DNA of 64,000 nt from Vicugna vicugna. Its lineage: Eukaryota. Of the stretch, positions 14,282 through 27,013 are shown in pieces. The DNA lies in assembly GCA_013265495.1 (NCBI GenBank), contig MU058636.1, positions 3,521,967 to 3,585,966 on the forward strand, in the 5' to 3' direction. Every line of letters starts with the position of its first letter. The stretch's first letter is position 1. The notes under the pieces were generated by a model. That model did not search any database, had not been told where the DNA came from, and saw only the letters and a program-made list of their open reading frames with translations. Position numbers and translations under genes: made by a program.

Positions 14282-16437
14282 CTCAAACTGTGAAAGTTAG
14301 ATGTGAGCAAAGAAATGGCAGACTCTTAAATGTCGTTAAAAGATGAAGTTCAAGGTGCACTGAGGCTGGACAGGAGGCTAGAGAGGGAGCCAGAAGTCAT
14401 ATTACAAAGAAATCCATTTTAAGGTTTAATCATACAAAATTTCCAATACTCAATCAATTTTGATTTTAAGAATCATCTGGCAATTTTATATACTGTATTG
14501 TGCTGAGGAACTTAAAATACTTTGCCTTCTGTTCTCTAAGTGCTGTGCAAAACAACAGAGGTTTTAAAATTTAAGACAACCTAGTCAATTCTTAAATATA
14601 TTAACATCGTAAGTGAGAAATAGCCTTTAGGTAATCTACATTACATTTATAATCAGATTCAGAGCTTACCTTATGCTTCTCAATCCTGTCCTACTGTGGG
14701 CAGCCCAACAACTAAGGTAGTTTGAAAAATCGATTCTTTTTATGTACTAAAGTTAATTGCACTTCAACTGCATGGGTGCAAAGAATCTGTGTTCTTTTCC
14801 TCTCAATCTTGAGAAGGAAAATTGTCAAATAAGCCAGCATATTTAAATGCCGTATCAGAGAATCATTTTGATTAAAATATGCATTTATCAATAATTCTCT
14901 TTGGTCAGTATTTACCAACATAGAAGCAAGGACATATATACAGCAACTTAAAAGAATCTTTCCCAATCTTGTATTAGATTTTCAGGTTTTCCTGAATTCC
15001 TTTCTGTTCTCTGGGTGACTTAAAATTTTAATTTTGACAGTATAAAAACACAGCTCCTTTGCTTTAGACTAGTATTTAGTTATTGCATTAACAAAATATA
15101 ATACAGATTTAGAATAGATAGATACTACATTTTCTTTATTTTTATATTGAGAATTACATAAATACATTAATCTTTCAGGTAATACAATTTTAGCTAAAAA
15201 TAAAGAACATCTTCTATAATAGTACAACCATCTTCATTTCCCTATGTTTGGAAAAAACAGAAATTATCTTTAGTGGTACTCTTATTAGAAATTATCCCAG
15301 TTTCAGCATCTTAGGATTTTATTTCCAAATTTAAACTATAGTATTTTAGTCAGCCATGTATACTGACACTTCCCTCCAGAAATCAGTCACAAAGTTGAGT
15401 GGCTGAGGATGCATTAGTCTTCAGATGAAATGCACTGCCTAGGATTCTGCCAGGTGGAAAGAGTCAGGAACAAAGTCATAATTATGATCACAGCATCAAA
15501 AGATTCAAAGTTGTTTTATCTTCAGACTTTAAACACATTTTTCACCTTAAAATAATGTTTAAGCCTTCACTTGTGATTCTGTTGGGAATGATGCATACAA
15601 AAATAGATACATAGTTAAAAATTAAGTATTTTTTTTAAAGTGAATTCCTAGGCGTTCTGTATAGGACAAAACAACTGCAACAACTCAAGATGAAAAGAAA
15701 TAATCTATCTTATCCCCTAGTTTCTTAAAGGGATTCCCTGAGTTAAATTATTCAACATGATCGAGTCATTTTTAATAAACCAGAACAGACAAAAGTGCCA
15801 AACAGCAGCAAGATAGGTTTCTCTTGCAGGTGGCTATGACTCTTACAGGAGCAACAGGAATGTCTTTTGGGCAGAGGAGAGCGTTTAGGCCTTCCCACTC
15901 GGGGGCAGTTACAACTCCCCCCAGGCAGAGGCTCCTCCTGACCTCTGCGCACGTGAGCTTCTCTGACGGTCTTTTAATAGACAGCAGGGCATATGAAGTC
16001 TGTTACAGTCTTCTTGGTATTCTCAGGATCTACTCCAGTGTCTGGCAGATGATAAGAATTTAATAACGTTTGTTAAATAAATTTAGCAATAGTTGGAAGA
16101 AAATCCTGTTTCCATAGAAAGACACCACTGGCTTTCTGAGGAGGCAAGTTCATGATGAAGCTAAATAAAACCACCTAAGGTCACCCCAATGCCAAGACAT
16201 TTCTTGACTTTTAAAAATCCAGTTGTTGAGTCAATCAATACTAGTTACAGTAACATGAAAGACAGAAAAGTCTTTTACTCTAAACATTTTCTAAGAAGTT
16301 GATCCTACAACATGTTTTGGTTTTCCATTTTGGCTTCTAATAATTCTTCTGAACTAAGTTTGACCTAAATTTTGCTTTAAATTGACCCTTTGAATGGAAT
16401 ACTGTTTTCTCACTTCAAAACATTTAAAAGGATACCG

Positions 16438-16980
16438 AATCTAATCACAAGAAAACATGTGACAAACCCAAAATGAGGAACATTCTTCTAAAAAGGGGGA
16501 GGACAGGCCTGTGTTTTTCCAAAATGTCAATGCCATAAAAGACAAAGTCTATGGACATGTTACAGATTAAAACAGACTAAAGATACACAACTAAATGCAT
16601 AACTCTATACTCAATCCTGTACTAGGAAGGGGGAAAACAGCATAGAGGACACTACTGAACTAACTGACAAAATTGGAATACAAACAGTAAAGTATCAATG
16701 TTAACTTCCTGAAGCTTGTTAACTGTAAATCTACAACTTACACACTTCAGAATTTAGGGATATAGGGCTATGATGTATGTAAGCTACTCCTGAATGATTT
16801 AGAAAAAATATTGTGTGCAGACACATGCAGTGAGAGAGAACACACAAGAGAAAATAAATAAAAATAAAATAATACTAAATAAAGCAAATGAGACAAAATC
16901 TTAATAGATGAATCTAGGTGTAGGTAAAAGGTACACAGCTGTTCTTCGTCTTGTTTTTCTCAGTAAATTCTTTGAAGGTG
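16438..16980 (+). mobile_element. Old L1 (L1MC/L1ME-type) 3' fragment
   Basis: aatctaatcacaagaaaaca..gacaaacccaaaatgagg; agtatcaatgttaacttcctga; gatgaatctaggtg. Confidence 0.65.
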
Positions 16981-17394
16981 ACCAATGCTAACAGTTCTTC
17001 CTGGTTCTGTGGTCTTTTCCCCCATTTGTTTAGATACCTGTTAAAATGCTAAGTCTCATATAAATAACTGTGTTTTTGTTTTATTTACATTGTTCAAACA
17101 CTCTAACTTCTTTTTAAGGAGACCTATTTAAAATACTGCATTTATTTCCAAAAAAAAAAGTACAGGTAATTTGCCAAATTTCCAAACAGAAGCAACAGTG
17201 CAACCCAGGTGTTCTAGGCTTTAAACAAGTTAATCATACACAGTTAAAAATATTTTCAGAGCACTGTAATAACCTCTCTAAGGCCTATAAAAGTGAGTTA
17301 AGACATAAACTCTGCCAGTAAGTAGATAAAAATCTAGTGGAAGATAAAAATATAAACTATGATCTGAAAAAAGGGGCAGAATCAACAAAGGTGG

Positions 17395-17895
17395 CATTAT
17401 TATCTATTGTTGCACAACATAGTTCCCTGAAACCTGGTAGCTTAGAGCAATAAACATTCATTATTTCATGAAGTTTCTGTGGCCAAGACTCCAGGAGGGC
17501 TTAGTTGTTCAGCTGCAGACAAGATGTCGGCTGGGCCTCCAGTCCTCCTGGGGCTTGACTAGGCGCGAGGCCCACTTCCAGGTGGCTCACTCACATGCCA
17601 GGCAAGTTAGTGCTGGCTGCTGCGAGGTTCTTCAGCATGTGGACTTCTCCACAGAGCTATGTAAGTATACTCATGACACGGCAGCTAGCTTCCCTGAGAG
17701 TGAGTGATTCAAAAGAGCAACATGGAAGTCACGACGTCTTTTACGACCTAGACTCCAAAGTCATACGCTGTCATTTCCACAATATCCTACTGGTTACACA
17801 GGTCAGTCCTGTTCAGGATGGGAGGGGACTTCTCAAGGGCACAAATAACAAGGGGCAAGAATCACTGGGGACCATCTTGCAGGCTGACTATCATA
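17395..17895 (-). mobile_element. MLT1 (G/H-like) MaLR LTR
   Basis: ccacttccaggtggctcactcacatgccaggcaagttagtgctggctg...gtcatttccacaatatcctactggttacacagg...ggggaccatcttgcaggctgactatcata. Confidence 0.75.
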
Positions 17896-18986
17896 AAAGA
17901 TAGAAAATACTAAGGGAGTACAAAGGAGATGCAATTAAACTCCATTGCTTGGGATGCCAATGATAAAAAAAAAACCATTAGGTTATCTCTGTGGTATAAT
18001 CTTTTAAATTCAGTTCTTCACTTAGAAAGCAAGCCAGTAGTTGTAGCAGAGAATATGACAGTCTGGCACTATTCTTCCCTCTTTTAACAAAGTATACACT
18101 AGAATACACCTGAAGAGACCTACAAAACAGTTTTTATGATCAGATACTGGGGCCCCACAACTGACACTCATCCATGCTACTCCGGTGGGCAGGTAAGTCT
18201 CAGTCTGTATAGAGGTTTGTCCTTATACTCCTTAGTATGAAGTTAAATGTAGACCTGCCCCTAACCAACAGATACCTCAAACGCAAAGGGTCTTATCACA
18301 TTCACAGAACCAGAATCTTGGAATCCTAGAATGATAAGGGATTTTAGAAAACCTCATGCCTTCTTTTAAAGAAATGGGAATTAAGACTCATGAAAGTGGA
18401 CTGTCAATGGTCAAAAGTAAGTGAGACTTGACTCTCAAACCTGTAGCAGTTGTGACTAGAACCTCAGTATGAGCCATCTTTCCATAAATGCTACTGAAAT
18501 AGGCAATGCACAGATCTGGACCCATGCATGCCCCCACAGTGCTCCAACAACCACCACCTAGCGTACACTGAACACTCATGCTTAGATACTCTCTAGTAAC
18601 AAGAGACCTTTGGCAAAATCTTTCTCAACTAAATATACAAAGATGGTTTTAACCTAAAATAATGTGTGATGTGCTTGTTTTTGTAATGGAAATGATTAAT
18701 TCTGATCAATCTATACTTTACTGCCTCCGTGATTACTGGAAGGCACATGAAAGATGACTAGAATAATACAGCTAGCACAAACAAGTACTATGCTTGGTGT
18801 GTACTTCATTACTTGGCAATCAATTGTGTGTTACAGTGTAAAGCATGTAGGTGAACAAGTACTGGACCAGCGAGAGGACCTTCATTTTAATACCAGTTCT
18901 GCTCCTAGACAGTTGTAGGACCTGAATGACTTCTTTATACTTTCTTGGCGTCTGTGCTCTTATCTGTAAAATGAAGGCTTAAAAAA

Positions 18987-19307
18987 CATTATGGGTTGAA
19001 TTGTGTCCTCTAAAAAGATTCACACTACCTGTGAATATGATCTTATTTGGAAACAGGGAAAATGCCATATGAACATGAAAGACAGAATAACATCTGTAAG
19101 CCAAGAAACACCAAAGTCTGCTGGCAAATGACCAGAAGCTAGGAAAAGGCATGGAACAGACTCCTCCTGACAGTCCTCACAATGAACCAAACATCTGACA
19201 CCATGATCTTGGACTTCTAGCCACTAGACCTGTGAGACAACCCATTTCTGTTGTTTAAGCCCCCCAGTTTGTGGTACTTTGTTCCAGCAGCCCTAGCAAA
19301 CGAATAC
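18987..19307 (+). mobile_element. MLT1B/C-type LTR inserted in a MIR3 (MIR parts ~18835-18980 and 19308-19360)
   Basis: ttatgggttgaattgtgtcc...ccagaagctagg...tttctgttgtttaagccccccagtttgtggtactttgtt...agccctagcaaacgaataca. Confidence 0.85.
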
Positions 19308-19462
19308 AGAAGAGACGATCTCTTTGCATTCCACAGGGTCTAAAATTCAGTAATTCTATGAAATACTACAAATGTTTAGGAAGACTTCTCATATTCAGCT
19401 GTTTACGGCACACCACCAGTCTTTCGACAGAAAACAAAAAAAAGATCCTCTATGACAATATG

Positions 19463-19645
19463 CAAGGGATGGCAAACATTTTCTGCAGAGACTAAATATT
19501 TCAAGCTTTGTGGGCCATATAAGGTCTCTGTCACATATTCTTAAACAACTCTTTAAAAATGTAAAAATCATTCTTAGTCCAACAGATATACAGAAACAAG
19601 CCACAGTCTACATTTGACCCATGGGCCATAGTTTGCTCACCCCTG
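19463..19645. mobile_element. MER58C hAT transposon
   Basis: TIRs caagggatggcaaac / gtttgctcacccctg; internal ctttaaaaatgtaaaaatcattcttag. Confidence 0.85.
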
Positions 19646-20663
19646 ATGTGCAGGACTAACAAGCCTCTTGTTCCTTGGGCTCTTTTCCCTCATAGTTCCA
19701 AGCCCAAGGGAACTATTTCAAATTCTTTCACAACTAGGTGGAAAATATTTTACACTACACCAGGCAAGGGCAAGCTTCCAAAGTCCTCAGAGTTAGCTGT
19801 CCCCTCTTATAACTATTACACTGAAGTAGTCCAGTTAGTAACTTTCTCCATTTTTCCTTTAGTTACTTTTCATTAAGAAGATACACACACGCAAATCACT
19901 TGTGACCGTCAACAACTACACACTCTCAGAAGCACTCTGCTATTTCCAGGGCCATTCCCCAAGGATACCCCAAGGATATGCTGCTTTCACATCTCAAAAA
20001 ATGATTAACATCTAGAGGTTTAAATAGTTAAGGTACTTTTCATAATCACCAGGTATTGTGGATCTGATAGCAGGGCTAAGCACACAGAAAGTGGGGCAAA
20101 GGCCAGAGACTCAAAGTTCCAAAGTGATGTCACAAGGCTATTACTGTTGCTTTTCCTTCTCTTTTTCTAAATTGGGCCCCTGCTGTTTTCTGACAAGGAG
20201 CTGGTTTGTGTAAAGGAAGTAACATAGTACCTAGCATAAAACAGGTACTCCAGAAATGCTCTCCTTCATGCTTTACAAAGTGAAGATAGAAAAATAAGAT
20301 GGAAGATTTTCCTGCTGCTTAGAAAAATTCCTAAAGCTTGTTTAGAGAATATACCTGAAAATACAAGGTGAAAGAAGCCAGCCATTTGGTATGCATGAAT
20401 GCTGGGATGGGTCAGGGCGGTGTAGGGTAGGGTGAAAGGGATGGCGAAATGGAAGGAAAGAGGGTCGTTATGGCCATGGTGGTAAAAATAAAGGAAAAGA
20501 CACTTCTCACCTCGTTTATTTCAAATACCAGATCATGCAACTTAATTTGATTGCTTATTAAGGAAAGGTTCCTATAATCCATTCTTGATTTATTTTCCTG
20601 TAACAAAAATCTTTAGTTTTAAAATAATAACAAACAGCACATATACAGGTGGAAAATGGGTCC

Positions 20664-21012
20664 TGTGTTAGTCTGCTTGGGCTGCCATAACGAAATATCA
20701 CAGACTGAGTGGCTGACACATCAGTGATTTATTTCCTCACAGTCTCAGGCTAGAAGTCCAAGATTAAGGTGTCAGCAGGCTGGTTTCTTCTGAGGCCTCT
20801 CTCCTTGGCTTACAGATGGTCACTTTCTCACTGGGTCTGTGTCCTAATCTCCTCTTCTTATAAGGACATCAGTCATAATGGATTAAGGCCCACCCTAAAG
20901 ATTTAATTTTAACTTATTTACCTCTTTAAAGAACTTATCTCCAAATACAGTAGCATTCGGGGTTAAAGCTTCAACCTATGAATTTTGTAGGGACAAAATT
21001 CAGCCCATAACA
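20664..21012 (-). mobile_element. MLT1B-type MaLR solo LTR
   Basis: tgtgttagtctgcttgggctgccataac...ttcagcccataaca; near-TSD ggtcc/ggctc. Confidence 0.87.
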
Positions 21013-21949
21013 GGCTCAAACTTTAACTTGTCAGCACTGTAGTTTGCATTTATAGTACAGTGACTGTGTCTCTGTTTATTTACATGTCACATATGTAGAT
21101 TAAATAATATAACAGGATGATGTGAATTTATTAAAAACCATCTCTTTTTGTACATAAACTCAAATCTATAAATTGCACACAAAATGTGGTGATTTACTTG
21201 GTAACCTGCCAGGGCTGGCCTAGGGTGGCAGGTAGGCCACAAGGAGCACCTCTCAAAGATCCCTTTCCTAATCGCACCTTCCTGACTGGTTTGCCACAAA
21301 ACACAAAATTCTTGTGTTCTATTCCTTCACTGGCATTTTATTTCCTCTGAAAATGTAAATAAACTCTGGAAGAGTAATATATTAAGTGATTCTCAGCCAC
21401 TAACACCTTAGGGTAGAATAGCTAAGATCACAGTTTTAAAATAACTAATTCCATCATAATGGAATTTTCATTACTGCCCTGCTATTGGAATGTTAACAAC
21501 GGTATTCTTTAATAATAATTCTAGTCCAAGTCATTCAAGTTTTTTTTTTAAGATAGTGAGATAAGTATCATGTATAAATACATTTCCTCATCTAATAAAC
21601 AAACCTAAGAGAAAGGTGATGAAATTAACATTTCTGAGTACTTGCTCTGTATCATGTACTCTGCTAGGTGCTTTAGAACATTTCATTCTAAAAATAATTC
21701 TATATAGTAGTATTAATCCCATTTACAGATGAGGAAACAGGCTCAGATTAATTAACAGAGTTTGCCGAAGGTAAGGAGAGATTAAAACCCACGTCTGCTT
21801 TACGGCTTGCCTGTTCGGTGCCTGTGGTCGGACGACTAGTGCTGAGCTTCAGTTTCCTCATTTTAAAAACAAAGACAGCAATGGCACCCTAGTTCTGATA
21901 GCACTGCTGGCAGGTTTACATGAGTTAATCTGTATACGGAGCAGTGTGG

Positions 21950-22303
21950 CAGAATGCAGAACTGACCTGCAACTTCTGAGACTAGTTCTTAAGAAGCCTT
22001 GTCGCCTTTTGCTCTAGCCCTCTCGGGACACTTTGGCTGCCTTGTTAAAAAGCCTGAGGGAGACTATGAATGAGGAGAGGCGGCTTGGAGACAGAGAGAT
22101 GCCCAGCTCGCATGCAGCACCGTGGTCTCAGACACATCTTAGACCCTTCGGTCCCAGGCCAGCTGCCAACTCACTGCAGCTACATGTGTGAACCCAGATG
22201 AGACCAGCAGAAGAAATTTACAGTCACCTACAGAATTAGCAGAAATAATAAATCATTTTTTAAAGCCAGAGTTTTGGAGTGGTTTGTTGTACAACAGATG
22301 ACT
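21950..22303 (+). mobile_element. MLT1 (G/H-like) LTR fragment
   Basis: gagaccagcagaagaa...cagaattagcagaaataataaatcatt...gttttggagtggtttgttgtacaacagatgacta. Confidence 0.65.
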
Positions 22304-23289
22304 ATTGCAGTTAGACTAAAAATATGTTAATTTACAATCCCAAATTAAAAGTATAAGAATGAGATAAAAAGACGACTTCATAACCTGTACTTAAAAGTTT
22401 TCTCCCCTTGAGATTTCCAAGTTTGATTTTCCTAATGCATAAAAGTTAAAATAACCTGAGACCTACGTGACTAGTCATAGCCAGCAGGCGCTACTATCTG
22501 ATGTAATCAGCACTTCAGTCAGTCCTAAGGAGGAACACTTATTTAGCTTAAACCAGACAAAAGCAAGGGAAAGAGTTCTAAGGTGCAGATGACCAAATGA
22601 CCCCATCTTGTGGGGTTTCCCTGGTCTTAGAGAAACACATCAGCACTTATGCTCATCTGTTTTTTTTCCCCCCTAGTTTTCTCTGGGGTATGTGATAAGG
22701 GAGTTTCTTTAGTTTATCAAACCAATTTTTAAGGCTTTCCTTCCAATTCTGACATGTAAACATTCTCTCACTTCTGCCTATTTCATTATTACCAAATCTC
22801 TATCTATAGTCCAGATGTCACTCCTGAGACCAAGATGCAACCACCTGATGGAATAATCTCCTCATGGACATATCCTGGAGTCAGCTCATTTGCTCCATTC
22901 TTCCTCTTCTCCCTTGACCGTTAATACCTTTGTCTCCTCCTACACTGCCAGACTAAGTCCTACTTAGGCATCATTTCTTCTGGGAAACCAAGAATCTCTG
23001 GGGCTCGGTTAGGTCTAAGCCTTTCTTGAAATTTTAGCATTTATCTTGGTACCTTATTACAACTGTATATATTATTAAAAATGTACATCTTGTATACAGT
23101 TGTACTTTTCATCTTACCATTCATCCAACAAACAACACATATAAGGTGGTGATAAATGATGCAGTAAAGAAAAACAAAACAGGGTAAGGGGCTGCAACCA
23201 TTTAGTGGAAGGGGTGTCCTTTTCAATCTGCACAGGAAAAAAGTTGCTCTTCAACTGGTGTGTGGTGTGTTTGTAGAAAAGGGATCTGT

Positions 23290-24490
23290 AGGCACTTACA
23301 GATTTGACCCTAATGAAATGGGAAGCCACTGGAATGTGTTGAGCAAAGAAATGGCACGATCTGATTTATGTTTTTACATGATACACTGGTTGCTAGATGG
23401 AGAACAAACTGTAGGGAGTCAAGAAAGGAAGCAGGGGAATAGGAGGCTACTGCTATAATCCAGCAGTCCTCAACTGGAAGCATTTTTGCTTCTAGGGGAC
23501 ATGTTAGCAACGTCTCCTGACATTTTTGTTTGTCAAAACTGTGGGAGAAGTGATTACTACTTGCAAGTAGTGGGTGGAGGCTGGGGATGCTGCTGAACTT
23601 CTACAAGGAACAGGACAGCCCACTCCCCTCAAAAAGAATTACTGGTCCCAAATGTCAACAGTGCTGAGGTTGAGAAACTGTTATAATCTGTGATAGAATG
23701 GTGGCTTGGTTTAAGATGGTAGTGGGGAAAGGTGAAGTGCTTAGATTCTAAATATATTTTAAAAGTAGAGCTGACCATATTTACTGAGGGATTAATTGTA
23801 TATACAAGGGAAAAAGGAATCAAAGATGACACCAACAATTAGAAGAATGAAGTGCCTCATACTGAGAGGGAAAGATGTGGGTGTAACAAGTAGGGAACAA
23901 GTGCTTTCTTTTATTTGGGGGTAAGCAGATCTGATGGGACTCAAGCATTCAGTTCTGGATATACTAAACATGAAACATCTATCTACTTGGCATCAAATGA
24001 ATAAATTAGGTAGGCAAATGGATATATGAGTCTAAAGTTCAGGGGCAAGGCTGGGGCTGGAGAAATAAACTTGGGACTCTTAGCATCTGTATAGCTTGTA
24101 AAGCTGCAGGACAGGATACTATTATTCAGAGAGCAAATGCAAACTGAGAAGAGATCTGAGCTCTGATGCATTCCACTGTTTAAAGAAGAGGAGGAACTAG
24201 CAAAAGATACTAAGATGATGAAGGAGAAGACTTGGAAGTAGGAGGAGGAGAAAAATGATCAACTCTGTCAAATGCTGCTCAGATGTCAAAAGGAAAATGA
24301 GGACTTAAGAACTGACCTCCAGATCTGGCAACATAGATGCCAACACTGTTGTGGAAAGGAACAGTTTTGGTGGGGAGGTAGGAATGAAAATCTGACTGGC
24401 CTGAATTCAAAAGAGTTAATACTACAGGAAGGTAGAGACAGTAGCTATAAAAAATGATCCACTCTCTTGAGACCTTTGTAAAGCTAAGAA
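23290..24490 (-). mobile_element. L2 LINE remnant containing a MER20
   Basis: gggaagccactggaatgtgttgagca...ggaatcaaagatgacacc...aggcaaatggatatatgagtctaaagttcagg...ggagataaac-like motifs. Confidence 0.75.
23461..23680 (+). mobile_element. MER20 hAT transposon
   Basis: cagcagtcctcaac...aaatgtcaacagtgctgaggttgagaaactg; 8-bp TSD ctataatc/ttataatc. Confidence 0.9.
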
Positions 24491-24524
24491 ACAACATTAT
24501 CTGCAGGGAATTTTTTTCTCCCAT

Positions 24525-24686
24525 TTTTTTTTAACTTTATTTATTTATTAAAAAAAATTTTTTTGGGGGGGAGTAAGTAATTTAGGTAGGTAAATTATTT
24601 ATTTATTTTAATGGAGGTCCTTGGGATTGAACCCAGGACTTCGTGCATGCTAAGCACGCTCTCCACCACTGAGTTATACCCTCCCC
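24525..24686 (-). mobile_element. tRNA-derived camelid SINE (Vic-1-like)
   Basis: Minus strand reads GGGGAGGGTATAACTCAGTGGTGGAGAGCGTGCTTAGCATGCACGAAGTCCTGGGTTCAATCCC with A and B boxes, then an (AAAT)n/A-rich tail. Confidence 0.85.
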
Positions 24687-24699
24687 TCAACTTCTTATT

Positions 24700-25150
24700 T
24701 TACATATGCATACATACAAAAAAGTTTATAATATGTCAAATCCCCTTACATCCACCATAGAGATTCAAAATTTAATACTATCATATTAGTTTTCCTGTAT
24801 ATATGTATTACACACACATACACATTCCTGAATACTGAAGATAACTTCACCTCTAAATTATGTCAGATATACCTCCAAAAAAAGGTCTTTCTCCTCCATA
24901 AACGTAATAACCACTAACGCACCCAGGAAAATTAAAAATATATTCCCAAATATATTCTATAGCTGGGCATACTCAAATTCCTCCAATGTATTTTATAGCA
25001 TTTTTCTTCAAATCTGGATTTAATCCAAGTCTATGCATTGCACTTGGTTATCAGGTTTCTTTGGTCTCTCTCAATGACTTTTTGAAAAGACCTGTCTTAC
25101 AAAATGGATTGGACTGATACTCTGTTAACGTGATTTAACTTGTTCTTTAA
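24700..25150 (-). mobile_element. Old L1 (L1MC-type) 3' fragment
   Basis: acttcacctctaaatta...ctcctccataaacgtaataacca...gcattgcacttggttatcaggtttcttt. Confidence 0.55.
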
Positions 25151-26667
25151 TCCTGGAAGGGAAGTTTTTGAAGGGCAGTAAATATATTCACTATTCCTGG
25201 CATAATATTCTAAAATTAACATTTCCCAACTTTCCTATATCTCTCCACAAAGTCTTTCATTTTCAGAAAATTCTCAATTTATTCCAAGATTTTTTTCATT
25301 TAACTGCCACCTATTAGCTCTGAAGATTCAACTGAGCAAATTTCAAGGCTTATATATCCTATATTCAAAAAAATACACTACCATCTCTCATTTACTATAA
25401 GAATTCACGAGAGATCTAATCTTAAGGCTCATCAGTACCCAAACCAAACATCATTTTATTGATTAATCATGACAGATTACACTTGGAAAGTAAAAGGAAT
25501 TCTCTGAAATTTCTTTCCTGATTAGCAAAATAGTGCCTCCTAATACTTGAGGGTGAAAGCTGCTGTCAAATATGCCTACATGACTGGAAATTGTAACAGC
25601 CAGATGAGTTTACTAGGCTGGTGCTGGTATGTTCTGTATGCTCCTCTGTCCATGTAGTAAACAACTTAAATACAGATGAAAAATTTGATTACACTCATAT
25701 TTGGGCTTCTATAACTGGTCATTCATGTATAAATTCTTTAAACAACTTAATGAACATTCTTTAAGCAACTTAAAATGCAAATTTAGCCAACAATGTTTAC
25801 AGCTAGAATTGCAAGGCACTTTAGGCACTGTTGATTTACCTTACAACATTTTCTGCCATAATCTTCAAATTATTTTCTTTTCCATAGTGTTGGAAAGCAT
25901 TAAAAATATAATTTTTTTATACAAATGAATTTTATACTCTTTAATTCAATGAACATTTCAAGTTCTAACTTACATTATTTTTTATCTTACAAAACCTGAA
26001 ATTATTTAGTATATAATATGAAATCTAAACTATGATCAAATGAGTAAAATAAAATGGTTAATAATTTTTAACAATCTTATTTCACTTACTTAGGCTTCTT
26101 TAGTGCTTTGGCATTAGAACTGGAATCAACCACTGAGGCTCAGAGTGATGGTCTTCAACTCCTTTGGGCCTACGGACTACTTCACTGAGGTAAACGACCT
26201 TCCCTTGTCATCTAGTCCACCTCATCCTGATTACCACCAAAAAAACCCCCTCACTTGAATAAATCAGAAGCTGGGAATCAGACTTTATAAAGCACCTCCC
26301 ATGAGACCAGAAGTGATTAATTCATACAAAAATCAAAATTATAGCTACTACCACCTTGTAATAAGTTGGCCTGTAGATCACCTGAACTTCCACAGACTAT
26401 CTGGAAGACCATGATCATATTATGTAAACTTTTGATTTAGACAAAGAGCTAGACGGGAAGGAGGGACCAACCAGCAGGAAAAAATCATCCTCTCAATTTA
26501 TTCTCCAGCTAGGAAATTATACAGTAATATATACCAAAATACGATTATTTCACAGAACTACCATTAATACTTTAATAATTTAAATGAGATAGTAAACATT
26601 ATTTAATTATTGCTCTCATATGAAGCAATGTGAGGTAACAAAATCAAACTAACATGTTATATATTAT

Positions 26668-27013
26668 TGTGGTAGCTACTTCTAAGATGAGCTCCAATGG
26701 GCCCTGCCTCCTGGTATTCACAGCCTGTGTAGGTCCCTCCCACATTATATCAAAGTGGGTCTGTGCAACAGAGTGATGGTATGTCACTTCTGAGGCTAGA
26801 TTATAAAAGACATTGCAGTTTCTGCCTGCTGCCATGTTGTAAGGACACTCAAGCAGCCTCCAGATGACTGCAACCACATGAGACCTTGAATTGGAACCAC
26901 TAAGCTAAACCACTCCCAGTTTCATGACCATCAGAGACTGTGTGAAATAATAAATGTTTGTCTTTTAAGTTGTTTCAGGGAAATTTCTTACAAAGCAAAA
27001 GATAACTAACACA
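26668..27013 (+). mobile_element. MLT1F-type MaLR LTR
   Basis: tgtggtagctacttctaagatgagctccaatg...gcctcctggtattcac...gataactaacaca; TSD attat/ataat. Confidence 0.82.

Noticed and set aside
14664..14672. Strong minus-strand donor AAG|GTAAGC (similar one near 2275)
   Set aside because: Isolated donor matches are expected by chance in 34 kb, and no paired acceptor or ORF was established.
19957..19978. Short tandem duplications (ccccaaggata x2; also tttattcatc x3 at 28875-28904)
   Set aside because: Ordinary slippage repeats with no spacers; not CRISPR-like.
24620..24686. tRNA-Ala-like sequence (also at 44040-44102 and 56700-56772)
   Set aside because: These are SINE heads with A-rich tails and TSDs, with imperfect cloverleafs; they are not tRNA genes.
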